From the IMG/VR virus record IMGVR_UViG_2814123293_000008, positions 12,264 to 76,263 of that record: 64,000 nucleotides of DNA; one strand, 5' to 3'. The position numbers were made by a program, and so were the translations under genes. Shown piece after piece: positions 27,563 to 37,082 of this stretch. The notes under the pieces are model-generated. The model searched no databases. It saw only the letters and a program-made list of their open reading frames with translations, and was not told the DNA's origin. How positions within the stretch are numbered: position 1 is the first letter of the stretch; every line of letters begins with the position of its first letter. The stretch is from a virus. Taxonomy: Duplodnaviria; Caudoviricetes.

Positions 27563-28277
27563 CGCTCTCGCCCTCCTCGCCGTCATCGTCATCGGGGAGG
27601 TCACTGGGGAGCACCTCTCGCGGGTCGGAGCCGTTGTAGGGGCCGACCACGCCCAGACGCTCCAAGGCATCCAGGAGGCGGGCAGCCTTGGCATAGCCGA
27701 TATTCATGCGTCGTTGCAAGAGGGCCGTGGAAGCCTTGTTCTCACCCCGGACGATACGGGTAGCCTCCTGGATGTCCGGGGCATCCTCGTCGAGCTCCTC
27801 GTCTCCGGGGATCTCGCCGTCGTCCTCGTATTCCTCCAGGGGCTCGGCGCCCTCCGGCGCGGGCGGGGCCTCGCTGTCGTCGGCCTCGTCCTCGTCGATG
27901 ACGGGCATTACGCCGGGGCGCAGGGCGTTCTTCTCCATCACATCCCGGAAGAAGTACTGCTGCCAGTAGGCAATCATCTTCACCAGGACGTTCTCGATTT
28001 TCCCCCGGAGGGTCTTGCTGATGGTGAAGGTGCCGCCGGTGACCTTCGTCTCCAGCACCCCGTCCTCGAAGATCCAGGTCATGGAGGCATCCGGGCTCCG
28101 ATAGCCGACCTCCTCCACGTCCTCCAGCATAGACATCTGGGCTTCAACGCCCTGCACAGGCTTGATGGTGAGGGTGATTGGGTAGCGGTCTTTGATGAAG
28201 CGGTAAACAAGGTCGTGCTCGTCGCAAAGGCCCTGCAGCTTCTTCTTTTGGGCTTCATACATGGAAATCTCGCTCAT
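27549..28277 (-). CDS. Protein with a C-terminal FtsK/SpoIIIE gamma domain
   Basis: ASTALLQRRMNIGYAKAARLLDALERLGVVGPYNGSDPREVL. Confidence 0.85.
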   Translation of the reverse strand: MSEISMYEAQKKKLQGLCDEHDLVYRFIKDRYPITLTIKPVQGVEAQMSMLEDVEEVGYRSPDASMTWIFEDGVLETKVTGGTFTISKTLRGKIENVLVKMIAYWQQYFFRDVMEKNALRPGVMPVIDEDEADDSEAPPAPEGAEPLEEYEDDGEIPGDEELDEDAPDIQEATRIVRGENKASTALLQRRMNIGYAKAARLLDALERLGVVGPYNGSDPREVLPSDLPDDDDGEEGESDDEA

Positions 28278-28293
28278 GGTAATCTCCTTTCGT

Positions 28294-28806
28294 TCAGTCG
28301 AGCAGCTGCAGCGTGGCGTTCCACGCCGTATGCACTCGGTATCGCTCCAAGTCGGCCTCGGTGACATACTTGCGGCCGAAAAGCTCTTTCATGGCCCTCC
28401 ATGTGGGCCAGGGGATGCGGTAGACCTCACCGGAGCCGAAGCCAGCCAAAACATAGCATCTTGCCCCCAAGCGTTCGTGCCGGTCAAGATATTCGCTCTG
28501 GGTCCGTTCCACGCGATCCTGCTCCATCCGGTCCTTCGCCGTGAATTTCGCCTCGAACATGACGGTGCGGCCGCCCTTGATGGTTCCCTTGTAGTCGGGC
28601 TGGGCCTTCTTCTCAAAGAAAGCGATGAACTTGCCGTTGCCCAGATTTTTGGTCGGGCGCATGGGCTCCGGGGTCTTTTCGATGATGGCGTACCCGCAGT
28701 CGCGGTAGTAGGCGAAGGAGGCGTCCAGGCGCTCCTCGAAGTGCTTGCCCTTGGCCTTGCTGATTTTCCCCATCAGCTGCCGGCGTGGGTCCTTATCCTT
28801 GCTCAT
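28294..28806 (-). CDS. recU: RecU-like Holliday junction resolvase
   Basis: KTPEP, PDYKG, FEAK motifs. Confidence 0.85.
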   Translation of the reverse strand: MSKDKDPRRQLMGKISKAKGKHFEERLDASFAYYRDCGYAIIEKTPEPMRPTKNLGNGKFIAFFEKKAQPDYKGTIKGGRTVMFEAKFTAKDRMEQDRVERTQSEYLDRHERLGARCYVLAGFGSGEVYRIPWPTWRAMKELFGRKYVTEADLERYRVHTAWNATLQLLD

Positions 28807-28985
28807 TCGATATACCCTCCCAAATAGCATCCGGCGGCAAATAGCCCGAGCTCCAAGGCCGCCAAGCAAAACGATTCCGGACGGTCGAGGGTGCCGGTAT
28901 CGCTGCCCCCGGCCGCTACCAGCATGATAAAGAAACCGATGCCGGCCACCACGCCGCAGGCAGTTCTAAACTTGCTTCTTCTCAT
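28803..28985 (-). CDS. Small membrane protein
   Basis: 60 aa with two hydrophobic segments; coupled to neighbours. Confidence 0.55.
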   Translation of the reverse strand: MRRSKFRTACGVVAGIGFFIMLVAAGGSDTGTLDRPESFCLAALELGLFAAGCYLGGYIE

Positions 28986-28989
28986 AAAG

Positions 28990-29607
28990 TCACTCCCAGG
29001 CATAGGCGTAACAGAACACATGGCCGCCGATCTTGCCCCACACGCGGTCGTTTTCTCCGCTCTGGGAGAAGAACACCACATCGGCCGGCAGGATGGAGGG
29101 GCCGTACAGGGCTGCGTCGATAGCGTCATACTGGGCTTGGGTTGGCTCCGCTTTCGGCAAGAGGCCGATGGTGGAGAACTGCGGCACCGCCTTTCCCTCT
29201 CCCTGGTGCAGCACCTCGTTTACGCTGTCCGGAAAGTCCGGGGAAATCACCCTGTTCAGGATGACCTCGGCCACTGCCTGTTGCCCCTCGGCCGGCTCTC
29301 CGCGAGCCTCCAGGTAGATGATCGCCGCCAGCTCGGCGCGCTCCGCCTCGGTCATGGAGACATCCGCATATCGGGCCATCACCGTCGGTGTCGGCTCCGG
29401 GGTCGGAATTGCCTCTACGATATAGGTAGGCTCCGGCCGCAATACAGCCGTTTCCTGGGGCGTTGCCTCCGGGGTGGTAGATACCTCGCCCGCCACCGGC
29501 TCCGCCTCTATACGGGCGATTATCAGCGTTGCAACGACCGCCAGGAGCAGCACCAGTGCGATGCGCTGCGCCCAAGCCCGGCGGCGGTAGCTTTTTCTCG
29601 TTCTCAT
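28990..29607 (-). CDS. Membrane-anchored SleB/CwlJ-type cell wall hydrolase
   Basis: N-terminal TM segment; LAAIIYLEARGEP, VAEVILNRV, QFS, IGGHVF motifs. Confidence 0.88.
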   Translation of the reverse strand: MRTRKSYRRRAWAQRIALVLLLAVVATLIIARIEAEPVAGEVSTTPEATPQETAVLRPEPTYIVEAIPTPEPTPTVMARYADVSMTEAERAELAAIIYLEARGEPAEGQQAVAEVILNRVISPDFPDSVNEVLHQGEGKAVPQFSTIGLLPKAEPTQAQYDAIDAALYGPSILPADVVFFSQSGENDRVWGKIGGHVFCYAYAWE

Positions 29608-30113
29608 GGACTCAACTCCTTCTTTTTCCCGGAGGTCAGCCGCGCCACCGCCCCGGGCACTTCTTTTCGCATCAGCTTTTCGTACATATCCCGGAACTCG
29701 TAGTAGTTCCAGCTTCCTTCTCCCTTGGTGGCGAACTTCTCCATACCGCCCAGGGCGTCAATCACGGCCTTAACGTCGCTATTGGTGGGTAGCCTCTGAT
29801 ACCATTCCTGCGGCGACTTATCCAGCAAGCGGGAGAACTTGATCTCGTTCCACTCCAGGTCAATGCGTGACCTGATTTCCTGCTGGACGTTGTCTGCTTT
29901 TTCCTTAAACTCCGCAATAGAGGGAGGAAATTTGCACTCGCGGCACAGCCGGATAACAGCCTGCTGGCCCAGCCAGAAGTCCACGTCGGAGAGGCAGTCT
30001 GTCCAGAGCTCGATGGTCGGCCCCAGTTTGGCGACGCCACCCTTGAACATTTCAGCGTTGGGCCACGCAAGGAGCATGACACTGAAAATCTCCGTCATTT
30101 CCTTCTTGGTCAC
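29604..30113 (-). CDS. Replicative helicase loader/inhibitor-like protein (G39P-like)
   Basis: W..CL.DV...KFPPSIAEF motif; directly after the initiator gene. Confidence 0.7.
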   Translation of the reverse strand: MTKKEMTEIFSVMLLAWPNAEMFKGGVAKLGPTIELWTDCLSDVDFWLGQQAVIRLCRECKFPPSIAEFKEKADNVQQEIRSRIDLEWNEIKFSRLLDKSPQEWYQRLPTNSDVKAVIDALGGMEKFATKGEGSWNYYEFRDMYEKLMRKEVPGAVARLTSGKKKELSP

Positions 30114-30117
30114 AACA

Positions 30118-30915
30118 TCACCCCTCACCGAACAGCTCGTGGAGCTCCCGCAGATCCTCCGCAGCACCCTGGGATGCGCTTTTCCTCGTGCCGCCCACTG
30201 GGGCCGACGTCCGTTCAAGTCCCCAGCGCCCCTTGCTGCATTTCCGAATGACGAGATTCCAGTCCTTCCACTTGTTCTTATTGCCGGTGGTCTGGGCGGC
30301 CTCGTCGACATAGGTAATGCAGCGGGCCAGCTCGTCCGGCCCCAGGTCGCGGGTGAGGCGGTCCATCTCCTCGTCGGTAAGGCGCACCCATCCGTACTGG
30401 CCGCGCTTGTGGCGCACCTGCCTTTCCGGGGTAGCCTCGGCGCCGTCGCTGCCTTTCCTGGGTGGGGGAGGCAGCTCGCTGCCCGCCGGCGGCTGGTCGG
30501 TCCAGTGTTCATAGGGAACGCTCACGCTGTCCCGCTCGTTGTAGCGGTCGGCCAGATACTCCCGGAAGCTGTCACACTTCACCGTCCGAATCTCAGCCAG
30601 CAGGGGCTTATCCAGCTTTTCCGAGGCGTTCCAGTTGTAGCGATACCAGTTGAGCACCAGGAGCTCCTTCGTGGGGGCGCTGTATCGGATGACATTGTGC
30701 GCCCCATCCAGCCGCTTCAAGAGCCGCTCCACGGTGTCGGTATTGTACCCCAGCTCATGGGCAATCTGCTTGATGCTGACCTCGTAACAGCCGCAGAGGT
30801 TGGTGTGAGGATTGGTCAGGCACCAGAGGTATGCGTACTTGTCCTCCGGCGTGAAATCATCTTCCACCTTGCCGTCCATCCAGAAATTTGTGCTGATAAG
30901 GCGTCCCTTGGCCAC
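30118..30915 (-). CDS. Phage replisome organizer / replication initiator
   Basis: FWMDGKV...FTPEDKYAYLWCLTNPHT N-terminal wHTH; SD before GTG 30915. Confidence 0.85.
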   Translation of the reverse strand: MAKGRLISTNFWMDGKVEDDFTPEDKYAYLWCLTNPHTNLCGCYEVSIKQIAHELGYNTDTVERLLKRLDGAHNVIRYSAPTKELLVLNWYRYNWNASEKLDKPLLAEIRTVKCDSFREYLADRYNERDSVSVPYEHWTDQPPAGSELPPPPRKGSDGAEATPERQVRHKRGQYGWVRLTDEEMDRLTRDLGPDELARCITYVDEAAQTTGNKNKWKDWNLVIRKCSKGRWGLERTSAPVGGTRKSASQGAAEDLRELHELFGEG

Positions 30916-30972
30916 ACTTGCGTCACCTCCTTTTGGTGGCGGGCCGCCGCCCGAAGGGACGGCCCGCACAGG

Positions 30973-31473
30973 TCAGAACGGGAGCTCCCCGTCATCGTCA
31001 TCGCCCAGCTCCGCGAAGTCTCCGCCGCCGTAGTTGGAGGGCGGATAGCCCCCGGCCGGTGGGCCAGACCGCCCGGACGGTGGAGGCGCATACCCGCCGT
31101 AGGCGTCCTGCGGGTAGCCGCCTTGGTAGCCCCCGCCTCCGTCCCCGTCCCTCTTGGAGTCCCCGAAGTACACGTTGTCGGCGACGACCTCGGCCGAGCG
31201 GCGCTTGTTCCCGTCCCGGTCCTGCCAGGGGCGGATCTGCAGCCGCCCCTCCACCACGGCCATGCGGCCCTTGGTGAAGTACCGGGACACGAACTCCGCA
31301 GAATTGCGCCAGGCCACCACGTCGATGAAGTCCGTGGACTTCTCGCCGGTGGTCTTGTCCTTGAAGTCCCGGTCCACCGCCAGGGAGAAGGAGGCGACGG
31401 CCGTGCCGCTCTGGGTGCGGCGAAGCTCTGGATCACGGGTCAGCCGACCCATGATGATGATTCTATTGAGCAT
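30973..31473 (-). CDS. ssb: Single-stranded DNA-binding protein
   Basis: MLNRIIIMGRLTRDPELR N-terminus; acidic DGELPF tail. Confidence 0.97.
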   Translation of the reverse strand: MLNRIIIMGRLTRDPELRRTQSGTAVASFSLAVDRDFKDKTTGEKSTDFIDVVAWRNSAEFVSRYFTKGRMAVVEGRLQIRPWQDRDGNKRRSAEVVADNVYFGDSKRDGDGGGGYQGGYPQDAYGGYAPPPSGRSGPPAGGYPPSNYGGGDFAELGDDDDGELPF

Positions 31474-31702
31474 CGCCCTCCACCTCCGGTTTGCCCAGGA
31501 GCACCTTGTTCCGGGCCTTCTTGATGGCATCCAAAACGGTGCCAACGGCATACTTGTTTTCGCCCAGGACCGTGGCCTCCAGGACGTCGCGCTCCGCCTC
31601 AGCCCGCACCAGCTCCTCAAAGCGATCCTGCGGCACCAGCACGAAGCCGGGCTCCAGGCACAGCTGCGCCAGCAGCTCCTCGGGGCTTCTCTTTTCATCC
31701 AT
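31463..31702 (-). CDS. Hypothetical protein
   Basis: Coupled ORF with RBS. Confidence 0.6.
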   Translation of the reverse strand: MDEKRSPEELLAQLCLEPGFVLVPQDRFEELVRAEAERDVLEATVLGENKYAVGTVLDAIKKARNKVLLGKPEVEGDAQ

Positions 31703-32090
31703 GTGAACTTCCTCCTCTCGTTTCGTTCTCGATGATATGAATGGCCTTGCGACACTGCGCCACATCGAACATCCCGATATGGGTCTGCTCCACGGGCAAG
31801 CCCATCTTCTGGGCCAGCCATCCATAAGCCGCGTTGCGGTGGCCGCGGAAACGCCCCCGCTGCCACAGGGGGTCGAAAACGGCGTGGGCCCGCTTCTTCC
31901 AGTAGCGGAGCTCCGCGTTGGACAGCCGGCCCAGGGGCTTGTCGGTGCCCTTGTGAACACCGACGTAGGCCATGCAATTCCGGCAGAGGTACATCATGCC
32001 GTAGCTCTTGCCGTAGACGACCTTGCTGTCCACATACTCAGCCTCGCGGCCGCAGTAGTCGCAATGAACCTTTCTCATGTTTTGTTCCAT
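31695..32090 (-). CDS. Zn-finger protein (DUF3268-like)
   Basis: CDYCG...C..C.AYVGVHKGT...LG...FDPLW...HIGMFD motif. Confidence 0.8.
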   Translation of the reverse strand: MEQNMRKVHCDYCGREAEYVDSKVVYGKSYGMMYLCRNCMAYVGVHKGTDKPLGRLSNAELRYWKKRAHAVFDPLWQRGRFRGHRNAAYGWLAQKMGLPVEQTHIGMFDVAQCRKAIHIIENETRGGSSHG

Positions 32091-32605
32091 TCCTCCTTGT
32101 ACCGGGCCAACTGTTCCGGTGTGTCGGTCTCGATACCCAGCTCCCGGGCGACCTCAACAGCGCCGTCAATCAGGCGGGCCATTTCCTTGCTGTCCATGAG
32201 ATGCGTCTGCTTGTAGACCAAGTAGCACTTGAACAGCTTCCCGCCCTCCTCCCGGGTATCGAAGCACTTGACATAGGGGTAAATGGTGGAGACATCGACC
32301 GAGGCCGGGAGTTTGAAGCCGACCGTCAGCCCGTCCTCGTCCTTGGCCAGCGCGCCATATTCGCATACCAGCGAAGTCTTTGCGGACTCCTCGCTGCCTC
32401 CGCGCTCGGCGGCAATTTTGCTGACCAGGACGTGAAAGTAGGCGTTGGCCGAAAGGGAGCGGCGGTTGCGGTGTTTCTTGATTTCCACATCCAGCTCTGC
32501 GTCCTTCAAGCGGTCAAAGTCCTCTCGGAAGTCCCGATCGACCTCCACCGTGATTCTCTGCTTGCGGTTCAGGCCGATGGCGAGGTCAATCAATCGTCCT
32601 CTCAT
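32075..32605 (-). CDS. NinB-like recombination accessory protein
   Basis: RSLSANAYFH and MDSKEMARLID motifs. Confidence 0.7.
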   Translation of the reverse strand: MRGRLIDLAIGLNRKQRITVEVDRDFREDFDRLKDAELDVEIKKHRNRRSLSANAYFHVLVSKIAAERGGSEESAKTSLVCEYGALAKDEDGLTVGFKLPASVDVSTIYPYVKCFDTREEGGKLFKCYLVYKQTHLMDSKEMARLIDGAVEVARELGIETDTPEQLARYKEEWNKT

Positions 32606-33273
32606 TGCTCCGGCCCTGCTTCCTCAACGTCCTGATGGCAGTGCAGATAAACATACTGACCGCCTGGACCGATGTTCGCATATATGAAGTCGTCACACTT
32701 CGCCTTTGACAAGTGGTTGTGCAGTACCTGGTATTCATAGGCGTATTCCTGATTCTCTTTTTTCTGGCGAATTTTCTCCCGGATAGCGTCATCCTCATAG
32801 TTGGCTTCAATCAGATAGAGGTCATAGCCCCTTGCTCTGATTCCGTTCAGGTTGTTGGTGTCCGTGGCATAGAATACTTTCCCTGTTGGAAAATGTACTT
32901 TATAGCCGCAATTCGGCACATTGTGCACCAGTAGAACGGGAATGACGTTGCATAGGCCATATCCGTACATCACATCCGGCTCCAGCACATCAATGTTCCC
33001 CTTTCCAACCCCGGCTGCCACTAGTGGCTCCACAAGCCACCGGCAGCAGCCAAAGCGGAGCGTCGGCCGCTCGTACGCCAGCCTGCGGATTGTCGTCCGG
33101 TTGAAGTGGTCGGAATGAATGTGGGTCAGCAGCACCAGCTTCAAATCTCGGTAATAGTCACGGAGCGCCTTGAATGGTACGCCGCAGTCGATTAGGATAA
33201 ATTGATTCAGCACAACGGCGTTTCCCTTGCTGCCAGTCGAAATGATTTCATAGGGAATATTCACACCGGCCAA
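32602..33273 (-). CDS. MBL-fold metallo-hydrolase (probable exonuclease partner of RecT)
   Basis: STGSKGN, THIHSDH, YATD, EANY, HLS motifs. Confidence 0.9.
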   Translation of the reverse strand: MAGVNIPYEIISTGSKGNAVVLNQFILIDCGVPFKALRDYYRDLKLVLLTHIHSDHFNRTTIRRLAYERPTLRFGCCRWLVEPLVAAGVGKGNIDVLEPDVMYGYGLCNVIPVLLVHNVPNCGYKVHFPTGKVFYATDTNNLNGIRARGYDLYLIEANYEDDAIREKIRQKKENQEYAYEYQVLHNHLSKAKCDDFIYANIGPGGQYVYLHCHQDVEEAGPEQ

Positions 33274-33289
33274 TCTCCTTTCGTGAGGA

Positions 33290-34252
33290 TTACAGCGTAG
33301 AGATGTCGACCTGCTCCACTACGTCCGACGCTTCCGGACGCAGGTCATCGTTCAGCACATTTCCCGGGGGCATTTGCCGGTCAGGATTCTCCGGCGCGTC
33401 CAGTACCGGCTCGTCGGCGGGCGTGGTTACGAAGCCTTGCCCGGCATCCACTTCGACCAAAGATGCATCCCCGGCAAATGCCTGTTGCAACTCTGTAGAC
33501 ATGACGCCCCATCTGGAGATAAGCTGCCGCAGCATGGTCTTTTTCGCCATATCATCGAAGTTTTTGTACCAAAAGCTGCTGAACTTCCAAAGGTCCTTTT
33601 CCGGGATTTCGCCGGCGAGGAGGCGCTTGTACGCCTGTGCGGAGAATGCGGGGGAAAAGCTGTCAGCGTGGGTCATCATCTTTTCCTTGCTCCAGTAAAT
33701 CGCCTTGCGGAAGCCGTTCACATACTCGAACATGGCATAGTACCCCGTGGTTTCCGCCTGCTCGCGCTTCTCAAAGTCCTCAATCAAACGGCATTCGATT
33801 TCCTCGTTGAGCGGGTCGAAGTGTACCAACTCGCCCTCTTTGATTTCAATGACATTCAGCTTTTGGTAGTAGCCGCTACGGATTGCCAGCTGGATATACC
33901 CCTTATAGCCAAGGACAAACTGAGCCTTGTAGCATTCCGGGGCAATCATATTGCCCTGTCGGTCGTACTTGGCTTTCTGCTTAAACGGAACGAGGTAATA
34001 CTGCCCAAGCTGGGGAGAGGGGGAGAGATTCAGGCTTTCCCCGAGCAGCCCTCCGGCAAGAATGCTTCCGGCTTCACAGGTCTGAAGCTGCGGATTGACG
34101 GCTACCGCCGAAGTGATGGCGGCTACAAACCTCTTTGCCCGGTCAGGGTCGCCCAGCGTATTGTTAATCAGGCTTTGATAGCCTTTGGTGGTTATTGCAA
34201 CGCTGAACTTTGGCTGCTGCTGCGTGGACTGGAGCTGTGTGGAATTACTCAT
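33290..34252 (-). CDS. recT: RecT-family ssDNA annealing recombinase
   Basis: LSPSPQLGQYYLVPF, QFVLGYKGYIQLA, MAKKTMLRQL motifs. Confidence 0.93.
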   Translation of the reverse strand: MSNSTQLQSTQQQPKFSVAITTKGYQSLINNTLGDPDRAKRFVAAITSAVAVNPQLQTCEAGSILAGGLLGESLNLSPSPQLGQYYLVPFKQKAKYDRQGNMIAPECYKAQFVLGYKGYIQLAIRSGYYQKLNVIEIKEGELVHFDPLNEEIECRLIEDFEKREQAETTGYYAMFEYVNGFRKAIYWSKEKMMTHADSFSPAFSAQAYKRLLAGEIPEKDLWKFSSFWYKNFDDMAKKTMLRQLISRWGVMSTELQQAFAGDASLVEVDAGQGFVTTPADEPVLDAPENPDRQMPPGNVLNDDLRPEASDVVEQVDISTL

Positions 34253-35135
34253 AGTCAAAACCCCCATCAGTTAAGAATTGCTTGACCTGCTTCAGCCGGT
34301 CTATGGTGCCCCTGACGGTGAACGTCATGGCGTAAATTTTCGTCGAATCGCCAAGCGGCGCTGCCGCTGAATCCCGTCCGGGCATCTCGGATTCTGGCGC
34401 CGGAGCAGCGACGGGGGGAGCCATCGGAGAAGTAGCCGCTCGGGTTTCCCGCACAATATCTTCCACCCGCATCTGTGCCTGCTTGCGATTTGCGCGCTCA
34501 ACCTCGGCAGCCTCTCTGCGCTGGCGTTCCTCGTCAATGGCGGCGTGACGCTGAATAGCGAAGGTTACCGCCTGAGATGCATTCAGTGTCTTTTTGTACT
34601 CGGCCAGAATCTCGTCCTTGAACTCCTGTGTACCAATCATCGCCAGATCATCCATGACCCGGTCCAAATACGCCTGTGCCTTTTCTTTCAGCGATTTTTT
34701 GGATGACGTCATTGTTATGGCAATGCCGGAATTTTCAAATGAGACGAAATCAATGCCAAGGCTTGATTTGTATTCGTCGAAGAACGCGCGGACTTCATCT
34801 TCTTTTTGCTTTTTCAGGCCGTCCTCCACCTCGGAGATTTTGGCTTTCAGGTCGGCGTCAGCGTCCTTGAATTTGTCGGTGACGCACGCTTTATAGATGG
34901 CCTCAAAACTGGAATAGGGGTCCATCACAGCCTTTTTTACGGCAATGCGCTGGGCTTCCAACTCCTTGAACTGGGCGGACAGTTCAGCGCGGGTTCGCTT
35001 AACGTCCTTGTAAGTGTCCTCCGTGCAGACGAGGCTTTTGGCATCGGTGACTCTCTTGTCAATTTCAGATGCCAGCGCGCGAAGATGCTCCTCGATGATG
35101 GGGAGCTGCTTGACAATAATCAGCTCATTCGACAT
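34245..35135 (-). CDS. DUF1351-like coiled-coil protein
   Basis: Family-like pattern and position directly upstream of recT. Confidence 0.7.
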   Translation of the reverse strand: MSNELIIVKQLPIIEEHLRALASEIDKRVTDAKSLVCTEDTYKDVKRTRAELSAQFKELEAQRIAVKKAVMDPYSSFEAIYKACVTDKFKDADADLKAKISEVEDGLKKQKEDEVRAFFDEYKSSLGIDFVSFENSGIAITMTSSKKSLKEKAQAYLDRVMDDLAMIGTQEFKDEILAEYKKTLNASQAVTFAIQRHAAIDEERQRREAAEVERANRKQAQMRVEDIVRETRAATSPMAPPVAAPAPESEMPGRDSAAAPLGDSTKIYAMTFTVRGTIDRLKQVKQFLTDGGFDYE

Positions 35136-35367
35136 ACATCTGCTCCTCCTTCCGCTGGGTGATAGTTTTCAGCAGGGGCATAATGCGTTCATCAACCCTG
35201 CTCTCAGGGACGTTGATTTCAACGATAACTGCCTCGTTCTCGCCGGTGGCCGTAGGGGCGATTACCTTGTCTCCCGGCTGGATGTCGGGAATATCGCACA
35301 GGTAGCTATAAGCCCTACCCCGAAACTGGCCCGTCTTGGAATCCCGGTAGTTGACACTGACAATCAT
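35125..35367 (-). CDS. Hypothetical protein
   Basis: ORF with RBS. Confidence 0.65.
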   Translation of the reverse strand: MIVSVNYRDSKTGQFRGRAYSYLCDIPDIQPGDKVIAPTATGENEAVIVEINVPESRVDERIMPLLKTITQRKEEQMYVE

Positions 35368-35379
35368 AAAAAGCTCCTT

Positions 35380-35637
35380 TCAGTTGGTAACGGCTTCGCG
35401 CCGCAGGGTGATGATTTCGTGACACCGGAAGCCAAAATTATCTCGCCGATACATCTCGGTCAGCTTGAAGTGAGCCTCGTCGTACACGCTGGAACAGTTC
35501 AAGAGGCCCTCGGTCTTGTCCGGGTGGTAGGCTCTGAACGCAGCACAGGCCGCGTGGCCATCCGGGGCCTCGACCTCCGTCCAGCCGCCGACAAACGGCT
35601 GGCCCTCGGCGCCGTAGGTGAAATAGAATTTAGGCAT
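35380..35637 (-). CDS. Hypothetical protein
   Basis: MPKFYFTYG...GGWTEVEA; coupled to the upstream ORF. Confidence 0.65.
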   Translation of the reverse strand: MPKFYFTYGAEGQPFVGGWTEVEAPDGHAACAAFRAYHPDKTEGLLNCSSVYDEAHFKLTEMYRRDNFGFRCHEIITLRREAVTN

Positions 35638-35854
35638 CTTCGCTCCTTTCAGGGAAGCAGTCTTCAACTTCCCATGCGTCCTTGGTTTCCATGCACACGT
35701 CGCAGCCGACGTATGCACCGTATCGGTCTTTGTAGACGGTTTCGCACTCCTCGCCGCAGATGGGGCAACGGGGGCAGCGGGGCTCCTTTCCGTCCGGATA
35801 GCCGGTGCGCTCCAGGTTTTGCACGACCGGGTGATCCGGCAGGTCATAGTTCAC
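35630..35854 (-). CDS. Small Zn-ribbon protein
   Basis: CPICGEEC...GCDVC motifs. Confidence 0.65.
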   Translation of the reverse strand: MNYDLPDHPVVQNLERTGYPDGKEPRCPRCPICGEECETVYKDRYGAYVGCDVCMETKDAWEVEDCFPERSEDA

Positions 35855-36225
35855 GCTTCCACCTCCCCGGCAAGATACCGGCGCACCAGGGCGGTCATGA
35901 GCTCCTGGGCAGTGGCATATCCATCGGCTTTCATGCGCTGTTGCAACGCCTCCATATCGGCGTCCTCCAGGCGGCAGGTGATACGGCCCGTCAGCCGGTG
36001 GCGGTCTTTCTTCCGCCGGCTGGCCTTGGTGCCACCAGGGGCGAACTTCTCATACAGCGCCTTCATGGCGTCCGGCCGGAGGGAGATCCCGTAGTCATCG
36101 CCGTTCTCGCACTTGCTCTGCATGGTCTTGTCGTACTTGGGATAGAGCCCCTGGACGACGGCCACCATGTCGCGGGCCGGTAGGCCCAGCTCAATGCGAA
36201 GACTTCTCAGTTCATTGTCCGGCAT
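35851..36225 (-). CDS. Hypothetical DNA-binding protein (C-terminal ribbon-helix-helix-like)
   Basis: RITCRLEDAD...TAQELMTALVRRY. Confidence 0.6.
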   Translation of the reverse strand: MPDNELRSLRIELGLPARDMVAVVQGLYPKYDKTMQSKCENGDDYGISLRPDAMKALYEKFAPGGTKASRRKKDRHRLTGRITCRLEDADMEALQQRMKADGYATAQELMTALVRRYLAGEVEA

Positions 36226-36401
36226 GGCATTACCTCCAGCCCTTGACTTCCAGCCGACGGGCTGATAGACTGGGTTTGTGTCCATTTGCGTGAGGTCGTT
36301 CCCGTGGCAGCGGGGGCGGCCTCTTTTTCTACTTCCCGGCAGTCACAGGGCTCGCCGGGGTCGAGATGCGCCCCACAGCGGGGGCATTCCCTGAAATACA
36401 T
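36207..36401 (-). CDS. Small Cys-motif protein
   Basis: CPRCGAHLDPGEPCDC. Confidence 0.6.
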   Translation of the reverse strand: MYFRECPRCGAHLDPGEPCDCREVEKEAAPAATGTTSRKWTQTQSISPSAGSQGLEVMPCRTMN

Positions 36402-36412
36402 AGGTACCTCCC

Positions 36413-36688
36413 TCAAACCTTCTTCGCTGGGGGGGTCTTGGTCTTGATAATGCACACAAACCGGTCGGCGCGGTACATATCGAAAACTTCCTGCAGCTTG
36501 TTGGCGTTTCGGAAGTTCCGCAGGCTGTCATACCGCTTCTTGGCCTCCTTGGCGTCATTGTACTCGAAGACCATATTTCGCTGTCGTCCATCTGCCAGGA
36601 AGGACTTCAAGGCAGTCACTTCCTCGCTTTCCTTCCTGTTGCCTCGTTTCCGCTCAGGAAGGTGCTCTACGTTATAGGCGATTTTCAT
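36413..36688 (-). CDS. Hypothetical protein
   Basis: ORF with RBS. Confidence 0.6.
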   Translation of the reverse strand: MKIAYNVEHLPERKRGNRKESEEVTALKSFLADGRQRNMVFEYNDAKEAKKRYDSLRNFRNANKLQEVFDMYRADRFVCIIKTKTPPAKKV

Positions 36689-36698
36689 TTCATCCCTC

Positions 36699-37079
36699 CT
36701 ATGCCGAGTAGACCAGGTGCTCCTCGGTGATAATGTCCGCCCAGGTCATCCCATCTGTTCCCGGGATGGGGTCATCCAGGCTGACAGTCTTAATTCTGCG
36801 GGCCTGCTTCCGCTTTTCGTTTGAGACGGCCGACCGCATGGACGCCCAGGCGATGGTGGAAAATTCGTACTGGTACAAGTCCGGGCGACTAAACCACTTT
36901 TTGACGGCCAGCAGGAGCCCAAGGGCAACGACATCGCAGTATTCGTCTTTTGGCAAAGACCGCTGTGCTATGTACTTGTCAATCATCTGGTAGTGGCGCA
37001 TCGCCACAGCCTGCTCGGCCGGTGACAGCTGGCTTAGGCGCTGTCGTTTCATGCCCCCCGCGATTTTCTGGCCCATCAT
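36699..37079 (-). CDS. Truncated sigma-70-like protein (regions 2-3, no region 4)
   Basis: LGLLLAVKK..FSTIA...SLDDPIPGTDG motifs. Confidence 0.65.
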   Translation of the reverse strand: MMGQKIAGGMKRQRLSQLSPAEQAVAMRHYQMIDKYIAQRSLPKDEYCDVVALGLLLAVKKWFSRPDLYQYEFSTIAWASMRSAVSNEKRKQARRIKTVSLDDPIPGTDGMTWADIITEEHLVYSA

Positions 37080-37082
37080 CCG

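Noticed and set aside
30973-31977. 334-aa extended SSB and other long N-terminal extensions in the ORF track (terS, IbrB-like, recU, parA)
   Set aside because: The extensions overlap upstream genes in other frames; SD-supported internal starts were used instead
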